A stretch of DNA of 52,651 nt, taken from contig QIMC01000189.1 in NCBI GenBank assembly GCA_003232185.1, forward strand, positions 1 through 52,651, given 5' to 3'. The stretch comes from Flammeovirgaceae bacterium (GTDB lineage: Bacteria > Bacteroidota > Bacteroidia > Cytophagales > Cyclobacteriaceae). How positions within the stretch are numbered: the stretch's first letter is position 1; every line of letters begins with the position of its first letter. The position numbers were made by a program, and so were the translations under genes. Below are positions 22,748-31,657 of the stretch, piece after piece. Below the pieces are notes generated by a model. That model was given only the letters and a program-made list of their open reading frames with translations, ran no database searches and was not told where the DNA came from.

Positions 22748-25700
22748 TTAGTCTAAAGTAATTTCCAGAGCAAGACCGCGTAATTCATGTATTAAAACAT
22801 TGAAGGACTCTGGAATATTAGGTTTGGCCATATTTTCGCCCTTCACGATACACTCATAGGCTTTAGCACGACCAACTACATCATCGGATTTAATGGTTAG
22901 GATCTCCTGTAGGATATGAGATGCCCCGAAGGCCTCTAATGCCCACACTTCCATTTCTCCAAATCTTTGCCCACCGAATTGAGCCTTTCCTCCCAGCGGT
23001 TGCTGAGTAATCAGCGAGTAAGGCCCGATAGATCTTGCATGCATCTTATCGTCTACTAAGTGGCCCAACTTCAACATATAGATTACTCCAACGGTTACCG
23101 GTTGGTCAAACTTATCTCCAGATAAGCCATCATAAAGATAGGTACGACCAAAAGAAGGCAAACCTGCTTCTTTCAGTTCATCTGCTACCTGTTCCATGGT
23201 GGCCCCATCAAAAATAGGAGTTGCATACTTTTTGTCCAGCTTTATACCTGCCCAACCCAGTACTGTTTCATAAATCTGACCCAGGTTCATTCTGGAAGGT
23301 ACACCAAGCGGATTTAGCACAATATCAACAGGAGTGCCATCTTCGAGGAATGGCATGTCTTCTTCCCTGACAATTCTTGCCACTACGCCTTTATTTCCAT
23401 GTCTACCGGCCATTTTATCTCCCACCTTCAATTTCCTCTTCTTAGCCACATAGACTTTCGCAAGCTTAACAATACCAGCAGGTAGTTCATCGCCAACTTC
23501 CAAGGTAAAGCGCTGTCTTTTAAATATTCCAGTTATGTCATTGCGTTTCTTATTGTAATTCTTGATCAGTTTCAGCATCAAATCACCGGTATCCTGATCG
23601 GCCACCCAATTGTCAAGAATTAAATCAGAGATCAAGTTTACTTCCTCCGGCACATTATATGTGCTTTCGTCTTTGTATATGTTCTTATCCGGAAATATAC
23701 TAACCTCGATATTTTTAGCACTAAACTTGGTTCCTTTCTGAATAATTACATCACCAAACTTGTGCTTAACACCTTGAGAGGCTTTTCCCTCCAGCAATTC
23801 GACCATCTTTCCGATCATTTCCTCCCTCAACTCCAACAATTCCTTTCCATATTTGACCTTTAGAACCACTACTTCTTTTTTGGCTCTAGCTCTAAGGTCT
23901 TTATCTCTCTTAGGTCGAGAAAACAGCTTGGAATCGATTACAACTCCTTTTAGTGATGGGCTGGCCTTTAAACTGGCATCCTTCACATCTCCTGCCTTGT
24001 CACCAAATATTGCTCTTAGAAGTTTTTCCTCTGGCGTTGGGTCGGTCTCTCCTTTAGGTGTTATTTTACCAATAAGAATATCACCCTCTTTCACATCTGC
24101 ACCCACACGAATAATCCCATCCTCATCCAGGTTTTTAACTGCTTCCTCACTCACATTAGGAATCTCAGATGTCAACTCCTCCTCACCTCGTTTAGTATCT
24201 CTTACCTCCAACTCAAATTCTTCTATATGGATAGAGGTAAATATATCATCCCGAACTACTCTTTCGGAAATGACGATAGCATCTTCAAAATTATAACCCT
24301 GCCATGGCATAAATGCCACTTTTAGATTTCTACCCAAAGCTAATTCACCTGCCTGAGTAGCATACCCTTCACATAACGGTTGGCCTGATACAACTTTATC
24401 ACCTTTAACCACTATAGGCTTCAGGTTAATACAAGTATCTTGATTGGTTCTACGGAACTTGATCAAGCTGTACTTAACTAGTTCATCATTGAAATTAACC
24501 AGATGCTGATCCTTGTTCAGGTTGTATTTAACCACAATCTGAGTAGCATCAACAAAGTTTACCACACCCTCGCCTTCTGCACGAATCAAAGATCTTGAAT
24601 CAAGTGCAACACGACCCTCCAAACCAGTCCCTACTACCGGGGATTCCGGCTTCATTAGCGGAACCGCCTGCCGTTGCATGTTTGAACCCATCAAAGCCCT
24701 GTTCGCATCATCATGCTCCAGAAAAGGAATTAACGAAGCTGCAACAGATACAATTTGATTTGGCGCAATGTCCATATAAGTCACCTGTGCCGGTTCTACT
24801 ACTGGAAAATCCCCTTCAAACCTTGCTTTAACACGATCATTGATAAATTTACCTGCATCAGTGATCGGCGCATTTGCCTGTGCAATGTTGTGTGAATCTT
24901 CTTCTTCCGCTGTCAGATAGATCACTTGACCTTTCATGGCAACTTTGCCCTTTTCAACCTTGCGATAAGGAGTTTCTATGAAACCCATGCTATTAACTTT
25001 CGCGTGTACACACAATGAAGAAATCAAACCAATATTTGGTCCCTCAGGAGTTTCAATGGTACAAAGTCTTCCGTAGTGGGTATAGTGTACATCCCTTACT
25101 TCGAATCCAGCTCTTTCCCTGGACAATCCTCCTGGTCCCAAAGCGGACATCCGTCGTTTGTGCGTTATCTCGGCCAGCGGGTTGGTCTGATCCATAAACT
25201 GAGATAACTGATTGGTGCCAAAGAATGAGTTGATAACAGAAGATAGTGTTCTTGCATTAATCAAATCCACCGGCTTAAAATCTTCATTATCACGAACATT
25301 CATTCGTTCTTTGATGGTACGAGCCATTCGAGCAAGGCCTACACCAAATTGCGTATAAAGTTGTTCGCCAACGGTCCTGACTCTACGATTACTTAAATGA
25401 TCAATATCATCCACCAATGCTTTAGCATTGATCAATCCGATCAGGTATTTAACGATGTTGATTATATCCTCGGTGGTTAGTACCCTTACATCCGAATCTA
25501 TTTGTAATCCCAGTTTTTTATTAATCCGATACCGTCCAACTTCACCCAAGTCATAACGTTTGTCGCTAAAAAACAGGCTATGAATGATATCCCGGGCAGT
25601 CTGCTCATCAGGAGCCTCAGTATTTCTAAGCTGGCGGTAAATTTGCTCTACTGCTTCTTTCTCAGAATTTGAATTGTCCTTTTGAAGTGTATTATAAATA

Positions 25701-26620
25701 ATGGTATAATCTGCAACATTTACATCTTCACGATGTAGAATTACTGATTTACTGCCTGATTCCAAAATGATCTCCAGGTCTTCTTCCTGTATTACAGAAT
25801 CCCTTTCAAGTACCACTTCATTTCTATCAATGGAAACAACTTCACCAGTATCTTCATCCACGAAGTCTTCTGTCCACGTCCTTAGAACTCTAGCGGCTAA
25901 TTTCCTGCCGATAATTTTCTTTAATGCCTTCTTATTTGCATCAACTTCTTCAGAAAGGCCGAACAGATCAAGGATATTTTTATCAGTTCCATAACCAATG
26001 GCCCTTAACAGGGTAGTGACAGGAAACTTTTTCTTACGGTCTATATAAGCATACATGACATTATTAACGTCAGTTGCAAATTCAATCCAGGATCCTTTGA
26101 ACGGAATAATTCTGGCCGAATACAATTTGGTACCGTTGGTATGTTTGCTTTGAGCAAAGAACACGCCGGGTGACCTATGCAATTGAGAAACGATTACTCT
26201 TTCAGCGCCATTGATAACAAAGGACCCCTTCTCTGTCATATAAGGAATATTACCAAGGAATACTTCTTGTTCTATGGTTTCAAAATCCTCGTTGTCCTCA
26301 TCGTTACAGGACAACCTTAATTTAGCTTTTAAAGGAACTGAGTTGGTAAGTCCCCGATCAATGCATTCATCTACCGAGTATTTCGGCGGATCAATCATAT
26401 AATCGACAAATTCCAGTACAAAATTTTCCCGACTATCCGAAATAGGGAAATTTTCTGCAAAAACCTTAAAAAGGCCTTCTTGCATTCGCTTTTCAGCTGG
26501 AGTTTCCAACTGGAAAAAGTCTTTAAAAGATCGTAATTGGACGTCGAGAAAATCGGGGTAATCAATAACGGACTTGATAGAAGAAAAATTCAATCTATCT
26601 GCTTGAGTTGAATTAGCCAA
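22748..26620 (-). CDS. rpoB: DNA-directed RNA polymerase subunit beta (TTG start)
   Basis: 1290 aa. The start codon at 26618-26620 is TTG, with an in-frame TAA two codons upstream. There is no ATG before the conserved …[13 protein letters not shown]… segment. Confidence 0.98.
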   Translation of the reverse strand: MANSTQADRLNFSSIKSVIDYPDFLDVQLRSFKDFFQLETPAEKRMQEGLFKVFAENFPISDSRENFVLEFVDYMIDPPKYSVDECIDRGLTNSVPLKAKLRLSCNDEDNEDFETIEQEVFLGNIPYMTEKGSFVINGAERVIVSQLHRSPGVFFAQSKHTNGTKLYSARIIPFKGSWIEFATDVNNVMYAYIDRKKKFPVTTLLRAIGYGTDKNILDLFGLSEEVDANKKALKKIIGRKLAARVLRTWTEDFVDEDTGEVVSIDRNEVVLERDSVIQEEDLEIILESGSKSVILHREDVNVADYTIIYNTLQKDNSNSEKEAVEQIYRQLRNTEAPDEQTARDIIHSLFFSDKRYDLGEVGRYRINKKLGLQIDSDVRVLTTEDIINIVKYLIGLINAKALVDDIDHLSNRRVRTVGEQLYTQFGVGLARMARTIKERMNVRDNEDFKPVDLINARTLSSVINSFFGTNQLSQFMDQTNPLAEITHKRRMSALGPGGLSRERAGFEVRDVHYTHYGRLCTIETPEGPNIGLISSLCVHAKVNSMGFIETPYRKVEKGKVAMKGQVIYLTAEEEDSHNIAQANAPITDAGKFINDRVKARFEGDFPVVEPAQVTYMDIAPNQIVSVAASLIPFLEHDDANRALMGSNMQRQAVPLMKPESPVVGTGLEGRVALDSRSLIRAEGEGVVNFVDATQIVVKYNLNKDQHLVNFNDELVKYSLIKFRRTNQDTCINLKPIVVKGDKVVSGQPLCEGYATQAGELALGRNLKVAFMPWQGYNFEDAIVISERVVRDDIFTSIHIEEFELEVRDTKRGEEELTSEIPNVSEEAVKNLDEDGIIRVGADVKEGDILIGKITPKGETDPTPEEKLLRAIFGDKAGDVKDASLKASPSLKGVVIDSKLFSRPKRDKDLRARAKKEVVVLKVKYGKELLELREEMIGKMVELLEGKASQGVKHKFGDVIIQKGTKFSAKNIEVSIFPDKNIYKDESTYNVPEEVNLISDLILDNWVADQDTGDLMLKLIKNYNKKRNDITGIFKRQRFTLEVGDELPAGIVKLAKVYVAKKRKLKVGDKMAGRHGNKGVVARIVREEDMPFLEDGTPVDIVLNPLGVPSRMNLGQIYETVLGWAGIKLDKKYATPIFDGATMEQVADELKEAGLPSFGRTYLYDGLSGDKFDQPVTVGVIYMLKLGHLVDDKMHARSIGPYSLITQQPLGGKAQFGGQRFGEMEVWALEAFGASHILQEILTIKSDDVVGRAKAYECIVKGENMAKPNIPESFNVLIHELRGLALEITLD

Positions 26621-26716
26621 GGCTTATATAGTTTAGATTACTAGTGTATATCTTAAATACGATACGCCCTCGGCGTACCTATAAACCACCTAAGTTTATA
26701 TATAGGTAGAAACGGG

Positions 26717-26742
26717 AAAAAACCTGACAATCAAAGCCAGGC
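26717..26742 (-). terminator. Intrinsic terminator/attenuator hairpin between rplL and rpoB
   Basis: The minus strand reads GCCUGGC-UUUGAUU-GUCAGGU followed by UUUUUUCCC, giving a stem of 6-7 bp with one G-U pair. Its position matches the classical rplL-rpoB attenuator. Confidence 0.5.
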
Positions 26743-26785
26743 CTACCAGTAGCTCGCTTTCCATGGGACAGCGCAATTGACAATT

Positions 26786-27166
26786 CTATTTCAACTCTAC
26801 TTCTGCACCTGCTTCTTCAAGCTGCTTCTTGAGTGCTTCCGCTTCATCCTTGGCTACGCCTTCCTTCACTTCTTTAGGAGCGCTGTCTACCAATTCTTTA
26901 GCTTCTTTAAGACCTAAGCCAGTCAATTGTTTTACTAATTTTACTACTGCAAGTTTTGATCCTCCTGGTGCTTTGAGTATTACATCGAACGAAGTTTGTT
27001 CTTCTGCACCTTCGCCTCCGCCTTCTCCACTACTTGCTACCATTACAGGGGCAGCAGCAGCGGCTGGCTCAATGCCATGAGTTTCTTTTAAGTAGTCCGC
27101 CAACTCTTGAACATCTTTTACACTCAATTCTACGAGTTGGTCTCCTAATGCTTTGATATCTGCCAT
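26786..27166 (-). CDS. rplL: 50S ribosomal protein L7/L12
   Basis: 126 aa, …[45 protein letters not shown]…. Confidence 0.98.
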   Translation of the reverse strand: MADIKALGDQLVELSVKDVQELADYLKETHGIEPAAAAAPVMVASSGEGGGEGAEEQTSFDVILKAPGGSKLAVVKLVKQLTGLGLKEAKELVDSAPKEVKEGVAKDEAEALKKQLEEAGAEVELK

Positions 27167-27213
27167 TTCTATATAACTTTTAAAAATTCTATTACTTTAC
27201 AATAAACCAAAAT

Positions 27214-27750
27214 TTAGCCCTCACGCTGAGAGAGCGTTTTTACCAGCCCAGACAAAGTATATTGACTGCTCTGAAGAGCAGATATAACATTCTTTGCAGG
27301 TGACTGAAGAATACCAATTACCTCACCAATAAGTTCAGCTTTAGATTTAAGCTTGCTTAGAGCGGTGAGATTATCTTCGCCTATAAAGAGATCTGAATCG
27401 ATGGAAGCACCCTTTAATAGCGGTAATAATTCTTCAGAGGTCGCTGATTTTCTAAATTCCTTAATGATCTTGGCTGGAGTATTGCTGCCTTCTGAAAACA
27501 GGATTCCCGAAAAACCCTTTAACACACTTTCGTCAAATGAAGAGTAGTCTGTGTCTAACTTTTCCAGCGCTATTTTGATCAAAGTATTTTTATATACTTT
27601 ATATTCTACACCTTTCTTAAAACAAAGCCGTCGAAAATTGTTTACACGTTCAACATTCAGGCCTTGAGGGTCTGTAATATAAAAGTTTTTTGTATCCGAA
27701 AGCTTTTGATAAAGTTCTTCAACAATAGTTTCCTTTTCTGCTCTAGTCAT
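27214..27750 (-). CDS. rplJ: 50S ribosomal protein L10
   Basis: 178 aa, MTRAEKETIVEELYQKLSD…. Position between rplA and rplL. Confidence 0.95.
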   Translation of the reverse strand: MTRAEKETIVEELYQKLSDTKNFYITDPQGLNVERVNNFRRLCFKKGVEYKVYKNTLIKIALEKLDTDYSSFDESVLKGFSGILFSEGSNTPAKIIKEFRKSATSEELLPLLKGASIDSDLFIGEDNLTALSKLKSKAELIGEVIGILQSPAKNVISALQSSQYTLSGLVKTLSQREG

Positions 27751-27752
27751 AA

Positions 27753-28451
27753 TTAAATACCGTCAATAGAGTTTTTATCAATGGCAATGCCCGAACTCAT
27801 GGTACTGGACATAAAGATGCTTTTGAAATAAGTGCCTTTGGCTGATGCGGGTTTCAAACGCAATATGGTTTGTATAACTTCAAATGCATTCTCACTGATC
27901 ATTTTCGAATCAAAGGACGCTTTCCCAATACTGGCACATATTATACCTGTCTTATCTACTTTAAAGTCGATTTTACCAGCCTTTACTTCGGTAACGGCTT
28001 TTGCCACGTCTGTGGTAACCGTTCCAGATTTTGGATTTGGCATCAAACCCCGTGGGCCCAATACCCGTCCGAGTTTCCCAACTTTTGCCATAACATTTGG
28101 CATGGTAATAATCACATCGATATCAGTCCAACCTCCTTGAATTTTATTAATGTATTCATCGAGGCCAACATGGTCGGCTCCTGCTGCTTTGGCCTCTTCT
28201 TCCTTTTCTGGAGTACATAGAACCAAAACTTTCACGTTTTTGCCACTGCCATGTGGCAACGTTACTACACCACGAACCATTTGATCCGCTTTCTTGGGAT
28301 CTACGCCCAAACGAATGCTTAAATCAATTGAAGCATCGAATTTAGTAAAAGTAATATCTTTTACTAAGGAGCTTGCATCTTCTATAGTGTACTCCCTGTT
28401 CTCCTCAATTTTTCCTTGTACTGCTTTTTGATTCTTAGTCAACTTTCCCAT
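27753..28451 (-). CDS. rplA: 50S ribosomal protein L1
   Basis: 232 aa, …[25 protein letters not shown]…. Confidence 0.97.
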   Translation of the reverse strand: MGKLTKNQKAVQGKIEENREYTIEDASSLVKDITFTKFDASIDLSIRLGVDPKKADQMVRGVVTLPHGSGKNVKVLVLCTPEKEEEAKAAGADHVGLDEYINKIQGGWTDIDVIITMPNVMAKVGKLGRVLGPRGLMPNPKSGTVTTDVAKAVTEVKAGKIDFKVDKTGIICASIGKASFDSKMISENAFEVIQTILRLKPASAKGTYFKSIFMSSTMSSGIAIDKNSIDGI

Positions 28452-28462
28452 GTTGATTCAAT

Positions 28463-28906
28463 TTAACTATTCCAAGGAGCCTTACCCCTTACTCTTATCC
28501 CCATACTTCGAGCGGTGCCAGCAACCATTTTCATTGCTGATTCCACAGTAAAAGCATTTAAATCCGGCATTTTCGTTTCAGCTATTACCTTCACTTGATC
28601 CCATGTCACCGTTCCAACCTTTTCTCGATTGGGTTCGGAAGATGCTTTCTTTAGTTTAGCTGCTTCCAATAGAAGTACCGGAGCCGGTGGTGTTTTTACC
28701 ACAAAGTCAAAAGACTTATCAGCATATATTGTAAGTAAAACCGGCAATAAAGTTCCGGCTTTTTTTTGCGTTCTGGCATTGAATTGCTTACAGAACTCCA
28801 TAATATTCAGTCCCTTACTACCCAATGCAGGTCCCACAGGAGGTGAAGGGTTTGCCGCCCCTCCTCTGATCTGTAGTTTAAGAAATCCGCTTATTTGCTT
28901 GGCCAT
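28463..28906 (-). CDS. rplK: 50S ribosomal protein L11
   Basis: 147 aa, …[30 protein letters not shown]…. Confidence 0.98.
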   Translation of the reverse strand: MAKQISGFLKLQIRGGAANPSPPVGPALGSKGLNIMEFCKQFNARTQKKAGTLLPVLLTIYADKSFDFVVKTPPAPVLLLEAAKLKKASSEPNREKVGTVTWDQVKVIAETKMPDLNAFTVESAMKMVAGTARSMGIRVRGKAPWNS

Positions 28907-28909
28907 TTT

Positions 28910-29485
28910 CTAGTCTAATTTTTCAACTTGCATGTAATTCAATTCTACTGGGGTGTTCCTTCCGAATATTTTCACCATCACATTTAACTTCTTGCGCTCT
29001 TCGAACACCTCTTCCACACTTCCGGTAAAGCCGCTAAATGGCCCATCCATCACTTTTACTGATTCTCCTACAATAAAAGGAGTACTCATTGTTTCTTCGA
29101 ACTCATCAAGTTCATCAACCTTACCGAGTATTCTATTAATCTCAGCTTGTCTTAAAGGTACTGGAGTTTTGGAAGCACCTCCATCATTGGAGCCTAGGAA
29201 ACCTATTACTCCGGGTATGCTTTTTACTAAATGGTGCGCCTCTCCATGAGTCAAGTCTGCTGAAACCAGCACATATCCAGGGAAGAAGTTTCTCTCTCTC
29301 ATCCTCTTTTTCCCATTTCTCATCTCATAGACTTTTTCAGATGGGATGAGCACCTGTGGAATGAAATCTTCCAGTTGTTGTCTGTTGACTTCATTATCAA
29401 GATAGGTTTTAACCTTTCTTTCCTTTCCACTGACCACTCGGACCACGTACCACTTTAACTCACTCATTTTCGTTTCATCTGACAT
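28910..29485 (-). CDS. nusG: Transcription termination/antitermination factor NusG
   Basis: The ORF track start (29545) overlaps secE. I trimmed to ATG at 29483-29485 (MSDETKMSELKWYVVRVVSGKERK…). An alternative ATG is at 29467. NGN and KOW domains are recognisable. Confidence 0.93.
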   Translation of the reverse strand: MSDETKMSELKWYVVRVVSGKERKVKTYLDNEVNRQQLEDFIPQVLIPSEKVYEMRNGKKRMRERNFFPGYVLVSADLTHGEAHHLVKSIPGVIGFLGSNDGGASKTPVPLRQAEINRILGKVDELDEFEETMSTPFIVGESVKVMDGPFSGFTGSVEEVFEERKKLNVMVKIFGRNTPVELNYMQVEKLD

Positions 29486-29495
29486 TGACTCCAAC

Positions 29496-29687
29496 TCATA
29501 AAACCTGATAGAACCACTCCAAGCTATTCTTAAAGACAGTATCAATTACACCTATCAGCATTGCAAAGATCATCGAGGCAACTAATACCATGATCGAACT
29601 GTTTTTTAGTGACTTGTATGTAGGCCAAGTCACCTTGTTTTTCATCTCCTCTGTGGACTCTATTATATAAGTTCTAAGTTTTCGCAT
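29496..29687 (-). CDS. secE: Preprotein translocase subunit SecE
   Basis: The ORF track start (29756) runs into tRNA-Trp. I trimmed to ATG at 29685-29687 (MRKLRTYIIESTEEMKNKVTWPTYKSL… with a single TM, 63 aa). Position between tRNA-Trp and nusG. Confidence 0.88.
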   Translation of the reverse strand: MRKLRTYIIESTEEMKNKVTWPTYKSLKNSSIMVLVASMIFAMLIGVIDTVFKNSLEWFYQVL

Positions 29688-29709
29688 AGGTCTGAACGGC
29701 ATTTCCTTG

Positions 29710-29782
29710 CACGGGTGGAGAGACTCGAACTCCCAGCCAATGGTTTTGGAGACCACTACTCTACCAATTGAGCTACACCCGT
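29710..29782 (-). tRNA. tRNA-Trp (anticodon CCA)
   Basis: The reverse complement ACGGGTGTAGCTCAATTGGTAGAGTAGTGGTCTCCAAAACCATTGGCTGGGAGTTCGAGTCTCTCCACCCGTG folds as a 73-nt cloverleaf with anticodon loop CTCCAAA. No CCA end is encoded. Confidence 0.93.
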
Positions 29783-29812
29783 AAATTCACCCAACCATTG
29801 AAAATGGGTGTG

Positions 29813-29842
29813 CAAAGTTACGAATTATATGTAAGTATACAA
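29813..29842 (-). promoter_or_regulatory. Bacteroidota-type sigma-A promoter for tRNA-Trp-secE-nusG-rplKAJL: TTG-N19-TAACTTTG(CA)
   Basis: The minus strand reads GCGTTTG-TATACTTACATATAATTCG-TAACTTTGCACACCC, with the 19-nt spacer counted by hand. It lies about 30 nt upstream of the tRNA-Trp 5' end. Confidence 0.6.
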
Positions 29843-29871
29843 ACGCGTTTCCATAAATATAGAAACGCGTT
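29842..29871 (-). terminator. Hairpin downstream of tuf: 10-bp perfect stem, weak U-tract
   Basis: AACGCGTTTC (29842-29851) and GAAACGCGTT (29862-29871) are exact reverse complements with a 10-nt loop. On the minus strand the stem is followed by UGUAUACUU, so the U-run is poor. It overlaps the -33 TTG of the next promoter. Confidence 0.4.
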
Positions 29872-29889
29872 CACTTTCATATAAAAGAT

Positions 29890-31077
29890 CTAGCTTATGA
29901 TTTCTGTAACCTGACCGGCACCAACGGTTCGACCACCTTCTCGGATGGCAAATCTCAGTCCCTTTTCCATGGCTACTTCATTGATTAACTGTACGTCAAT
30001 GGTGACATTGTCTCCGGGCATTACCATCTCAACACCATCTGGCAAGCTGATCTCACCTGTCACATCAGTAGTTCTCAGATAGAACTGTGGCCTATATTTA
30101 TTAAAGAAAGGTGTGTGTCTTCCACCTTCTTCTTTGCTAAGCACATAAACTTCAGCTTTGAAATGCTTGTGAGGGTTTACAGAACCTGGCTTACAAATAA
30201 CCATTCCTCGACGGATATCGGTTTTTTCAATACCACGAAGTAATAGCCCTGTATTGTCACCTGCTTCTCCACGATCCAGAATTTTTCTGAACATTTCCAC
30301 TCCGGTAACCACAGATTTTAAATTTTCTGCTCCCATACCTAATATGTCTACCTGATCTCCTGAGTTGATTATACCTCTTTCGATCCGGCCAGTTGCCACA
30401 GTACCTCTACCTGTTATTGAGAATACATCTTCAACAGGCATAAGGAAATCCTTATCTATCAATCGTTCAGGAATTGGAATATGATTGTCCACTGCATCCA
30501 TAAGCTCCATGATTTTATCCACCCATTCTGCATCACCATTTAATCCACCTAAAGCAGATCCCTGGATCACAGGAATGTTGTCGCCATCAAACTCGTAGAA
30601 GCTCAACAATTCTCTAACTTCCATTTCTACTAATTCCAGCAGCTCAGGATCGTCTACCAGGTCTACTTTATTCATAAAGACAACCAAAGAAGGCACACCC
30701 ACCTGACGGGCTAACAAGATGTGTTCCCGAGTCTGAGGCATTGGGCCATCGGTAGCAGCAACTACTAGAATAGCACCATCCATTTGAGCTGCACCTGTTA
30801 CCATATTCTTTACATAGTCAGCGTGACCTGGGCAATCAACATGAGCATAGTGCCTTTTTTCAGTTTGATACTCAACGTGAGCCGTGTTGATGGTAATACC
30901 CCTTTCCTTCTCTTCCGGAGCGTTGTCAATGGTAGAAAAATCTCTTTGTTCTGCCAAACCCATTCCTGCAAGTACTTTGGTTATGGCAGCGGTTAAGGTT
31001 GTTTTACCGTGGTCTACGTGACCAATCGTACCAATATTAACATGTGGTTTGGAACGGTCAAAGGTTTCTTTAGCCAT
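29890..31077 (-). CDS. tuf: Elongation factor Tu
   Basis: 395 aa, [36 protein letters not shown]…. Confidence 0.99.
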   Translation of the reverse strand: MAKETFDRSKPHVNIGTIGHVDHGKTTLTAAITKVLAGMGLAEQRDFSTIDNAPEEKERGITINTAHVEYQTEKRHYAHVDCPGHADYVKNMVTGAAQMDGAILVVAATDGPMPQTREHILLARQVGVPSLVVFMNKVDLVDDPELLELVEMEVRELLSFYEFDGDNIPVIQGSALGGLNGDAEWVDKIMELMDAVDNHIPIPERLIDKDFLMPVEDVFSITGRGTVATGRIERGIINSGDQVDILGMGAENLKSVVTGVEMFRKILDRGEAGDNTGLLLRGIEKTDIRRGMVICKPGSVNPHKHFKAEVYVLSKEEGGRHTPFFNKYRPQFYLRTTDVTGEISLPDGVEMVMPGDNVTIDVQLINEVAMEKGLRFAIREGGRTVGAGQVTEIIS

Positions 31078-31158
31078 GTCTGAAAATCCTCAATTTTAGT
31101 TTAATATTAAGTTTACTTTTTTTATAGTTTCTTGTTCAATACAAACCGCGCTTCTATG

Positions 31159-31230
31159 AGCCAACGACGGGATTTGAACCCGTGACCTCTTCCTTACCAA
31201 GGAAGCGCTCTACCTCTGAGCTACGTCGGC
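31159..31230 (-). tRNA. tRNA-Thr (anticodon GGT)
   Basis: The reverse complement GCCGACGTAGCTCAGAGGTAGAGCGCTTCCTTGGTAAGGAAGAGGTCACGGGTTCAAATCCCGTCGTTGGCT is a 72-nt cloverleaf with anticodon loop TTGGTAA. Confidence 0.93.
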
Positions 31231-31262
31231 CTCATATTTCCGGCATTGCATCCAGAATTATG

Positions 31263-31335
31263 AGCGGGAGACGAGGCTCGAACCCGCGACCTACAGCTTG
31301 GAAGGCTGTCGCTCTACCAACTGAGCTACTCCCGC
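31263..31335 (-). tRNA. tRNA-Gly (anticodon TCC)
   Basis: The reverse complement GCGGGAGTAGCTCAGTTGGTAGAGCGACAGCCTTCCAAGCTGTAGGTCGCGGGTTCGAGCCTCGTCTCCCGCT is a 73-nt cloverleaf with anticodon loop CTTCCAA. The T-stem has two G-U pairs. Confidence 0.9.
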
Positions 31336-31370
31336 ATAATCAAGTGTCCATGTTGATCGCAAGTAAGTAA

Positions 31371-31410
31371 CTCACACTCACACTCACACTCACACTCACA
31401 CTCACACTCA
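31371..31410. repeat. Hexanucleotide microsatellite (CTCACA) x 6.7 in the tRNA-Tyr / tRNA-Gly spacer
   Basis: The read is ctcaca x6 plus ctca with no interruptions. It ends 3 nt from the 3' end of tRNA-Tyr. Confidence 0.95.
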
Positions 31411-31413
31411 ATG

Positions 31414-31495
31414 TGGGGAGAGTAGGATTTGAACCTACGAAGGCTGTGCCAACAGATTTACAGTCTGTCCTCGTTGACCGCTTGAGTATCTCCCC
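31414..31495 (-). tRNA. tRNA-Tyr (anticodon GTA), class II with a long variable arm
   Basis: The reverse complement GGGGAGATACTCAAGCGGTCAACGAGGACAGACTGTAAATCTGTTGGCACAGCCTTCGTAGGTTCAAATCCTACTCTCCCCA is 82 nt with anticodon loop CTGTAAA. Confidence 0.92.
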
Positions 31496-31556
31496 TTAAC
31501 ACAGCTTATATATGAACGCCCCATTATAATTACCTCATGGCAATTTTAAAGGAATG

Positions 31557-31586
31557 CAAAATTATACACTTTTTAATTATATTCAA
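31557..31586 (-). promoter_or_regulatory. Bacteroidota-type sigma-A promoter for tRNA-Tyr-Gly-Thr-tuf: TTG-N19-TAATTTTG(CA)
   Basis: The minus strand reads AAGTTTG-AATATAATTAAAAAGTGTA-TAATTTTGCATTCC, with the 19-nt spacer counted by hand. The extended box TAATTTTGCATTCC is identical to the rpsL promoter. Confidence 0.6.
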
Positions 31587-31657
31587 ACTTTTATCAGAAA
31601 AGATGAAGGTACATTTTGACTTGACTAATGTCCTGAAAATATTCCGTGGAAATTATC

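Noticed and set aside
23853-24296. 147-aa plus-strand ORF inside rpoB. Similar long antisense ORFs occur at 44647-45159 (in ftsH), 27832-28220 (in rplA) and 11930-12349 (in rpsS/rplB).
   Set aside because: All lie antisense to highly conserved genes, are Ser/Leu-rich and have no start context. They were treated as shadow ORFs.
29688-29756. N-terminal extension of the secE ORF (track start 29756)
   Set aside because: The extension runs through tRNA-Trp (29710-29782). A canonical 63-aa SecE begins at ATG 29687.
31182-31370. 62-aa plus-strand ORF
   Set aside because: It spans tRNA-Thr and tRNA-Gly on the opposite strand and is an artefact.
31371-31410. Possible CRISPR-like or regulatory repeat array
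   Set aside because: The 6-nt period has no spacers, so it is a simple microsatellite.
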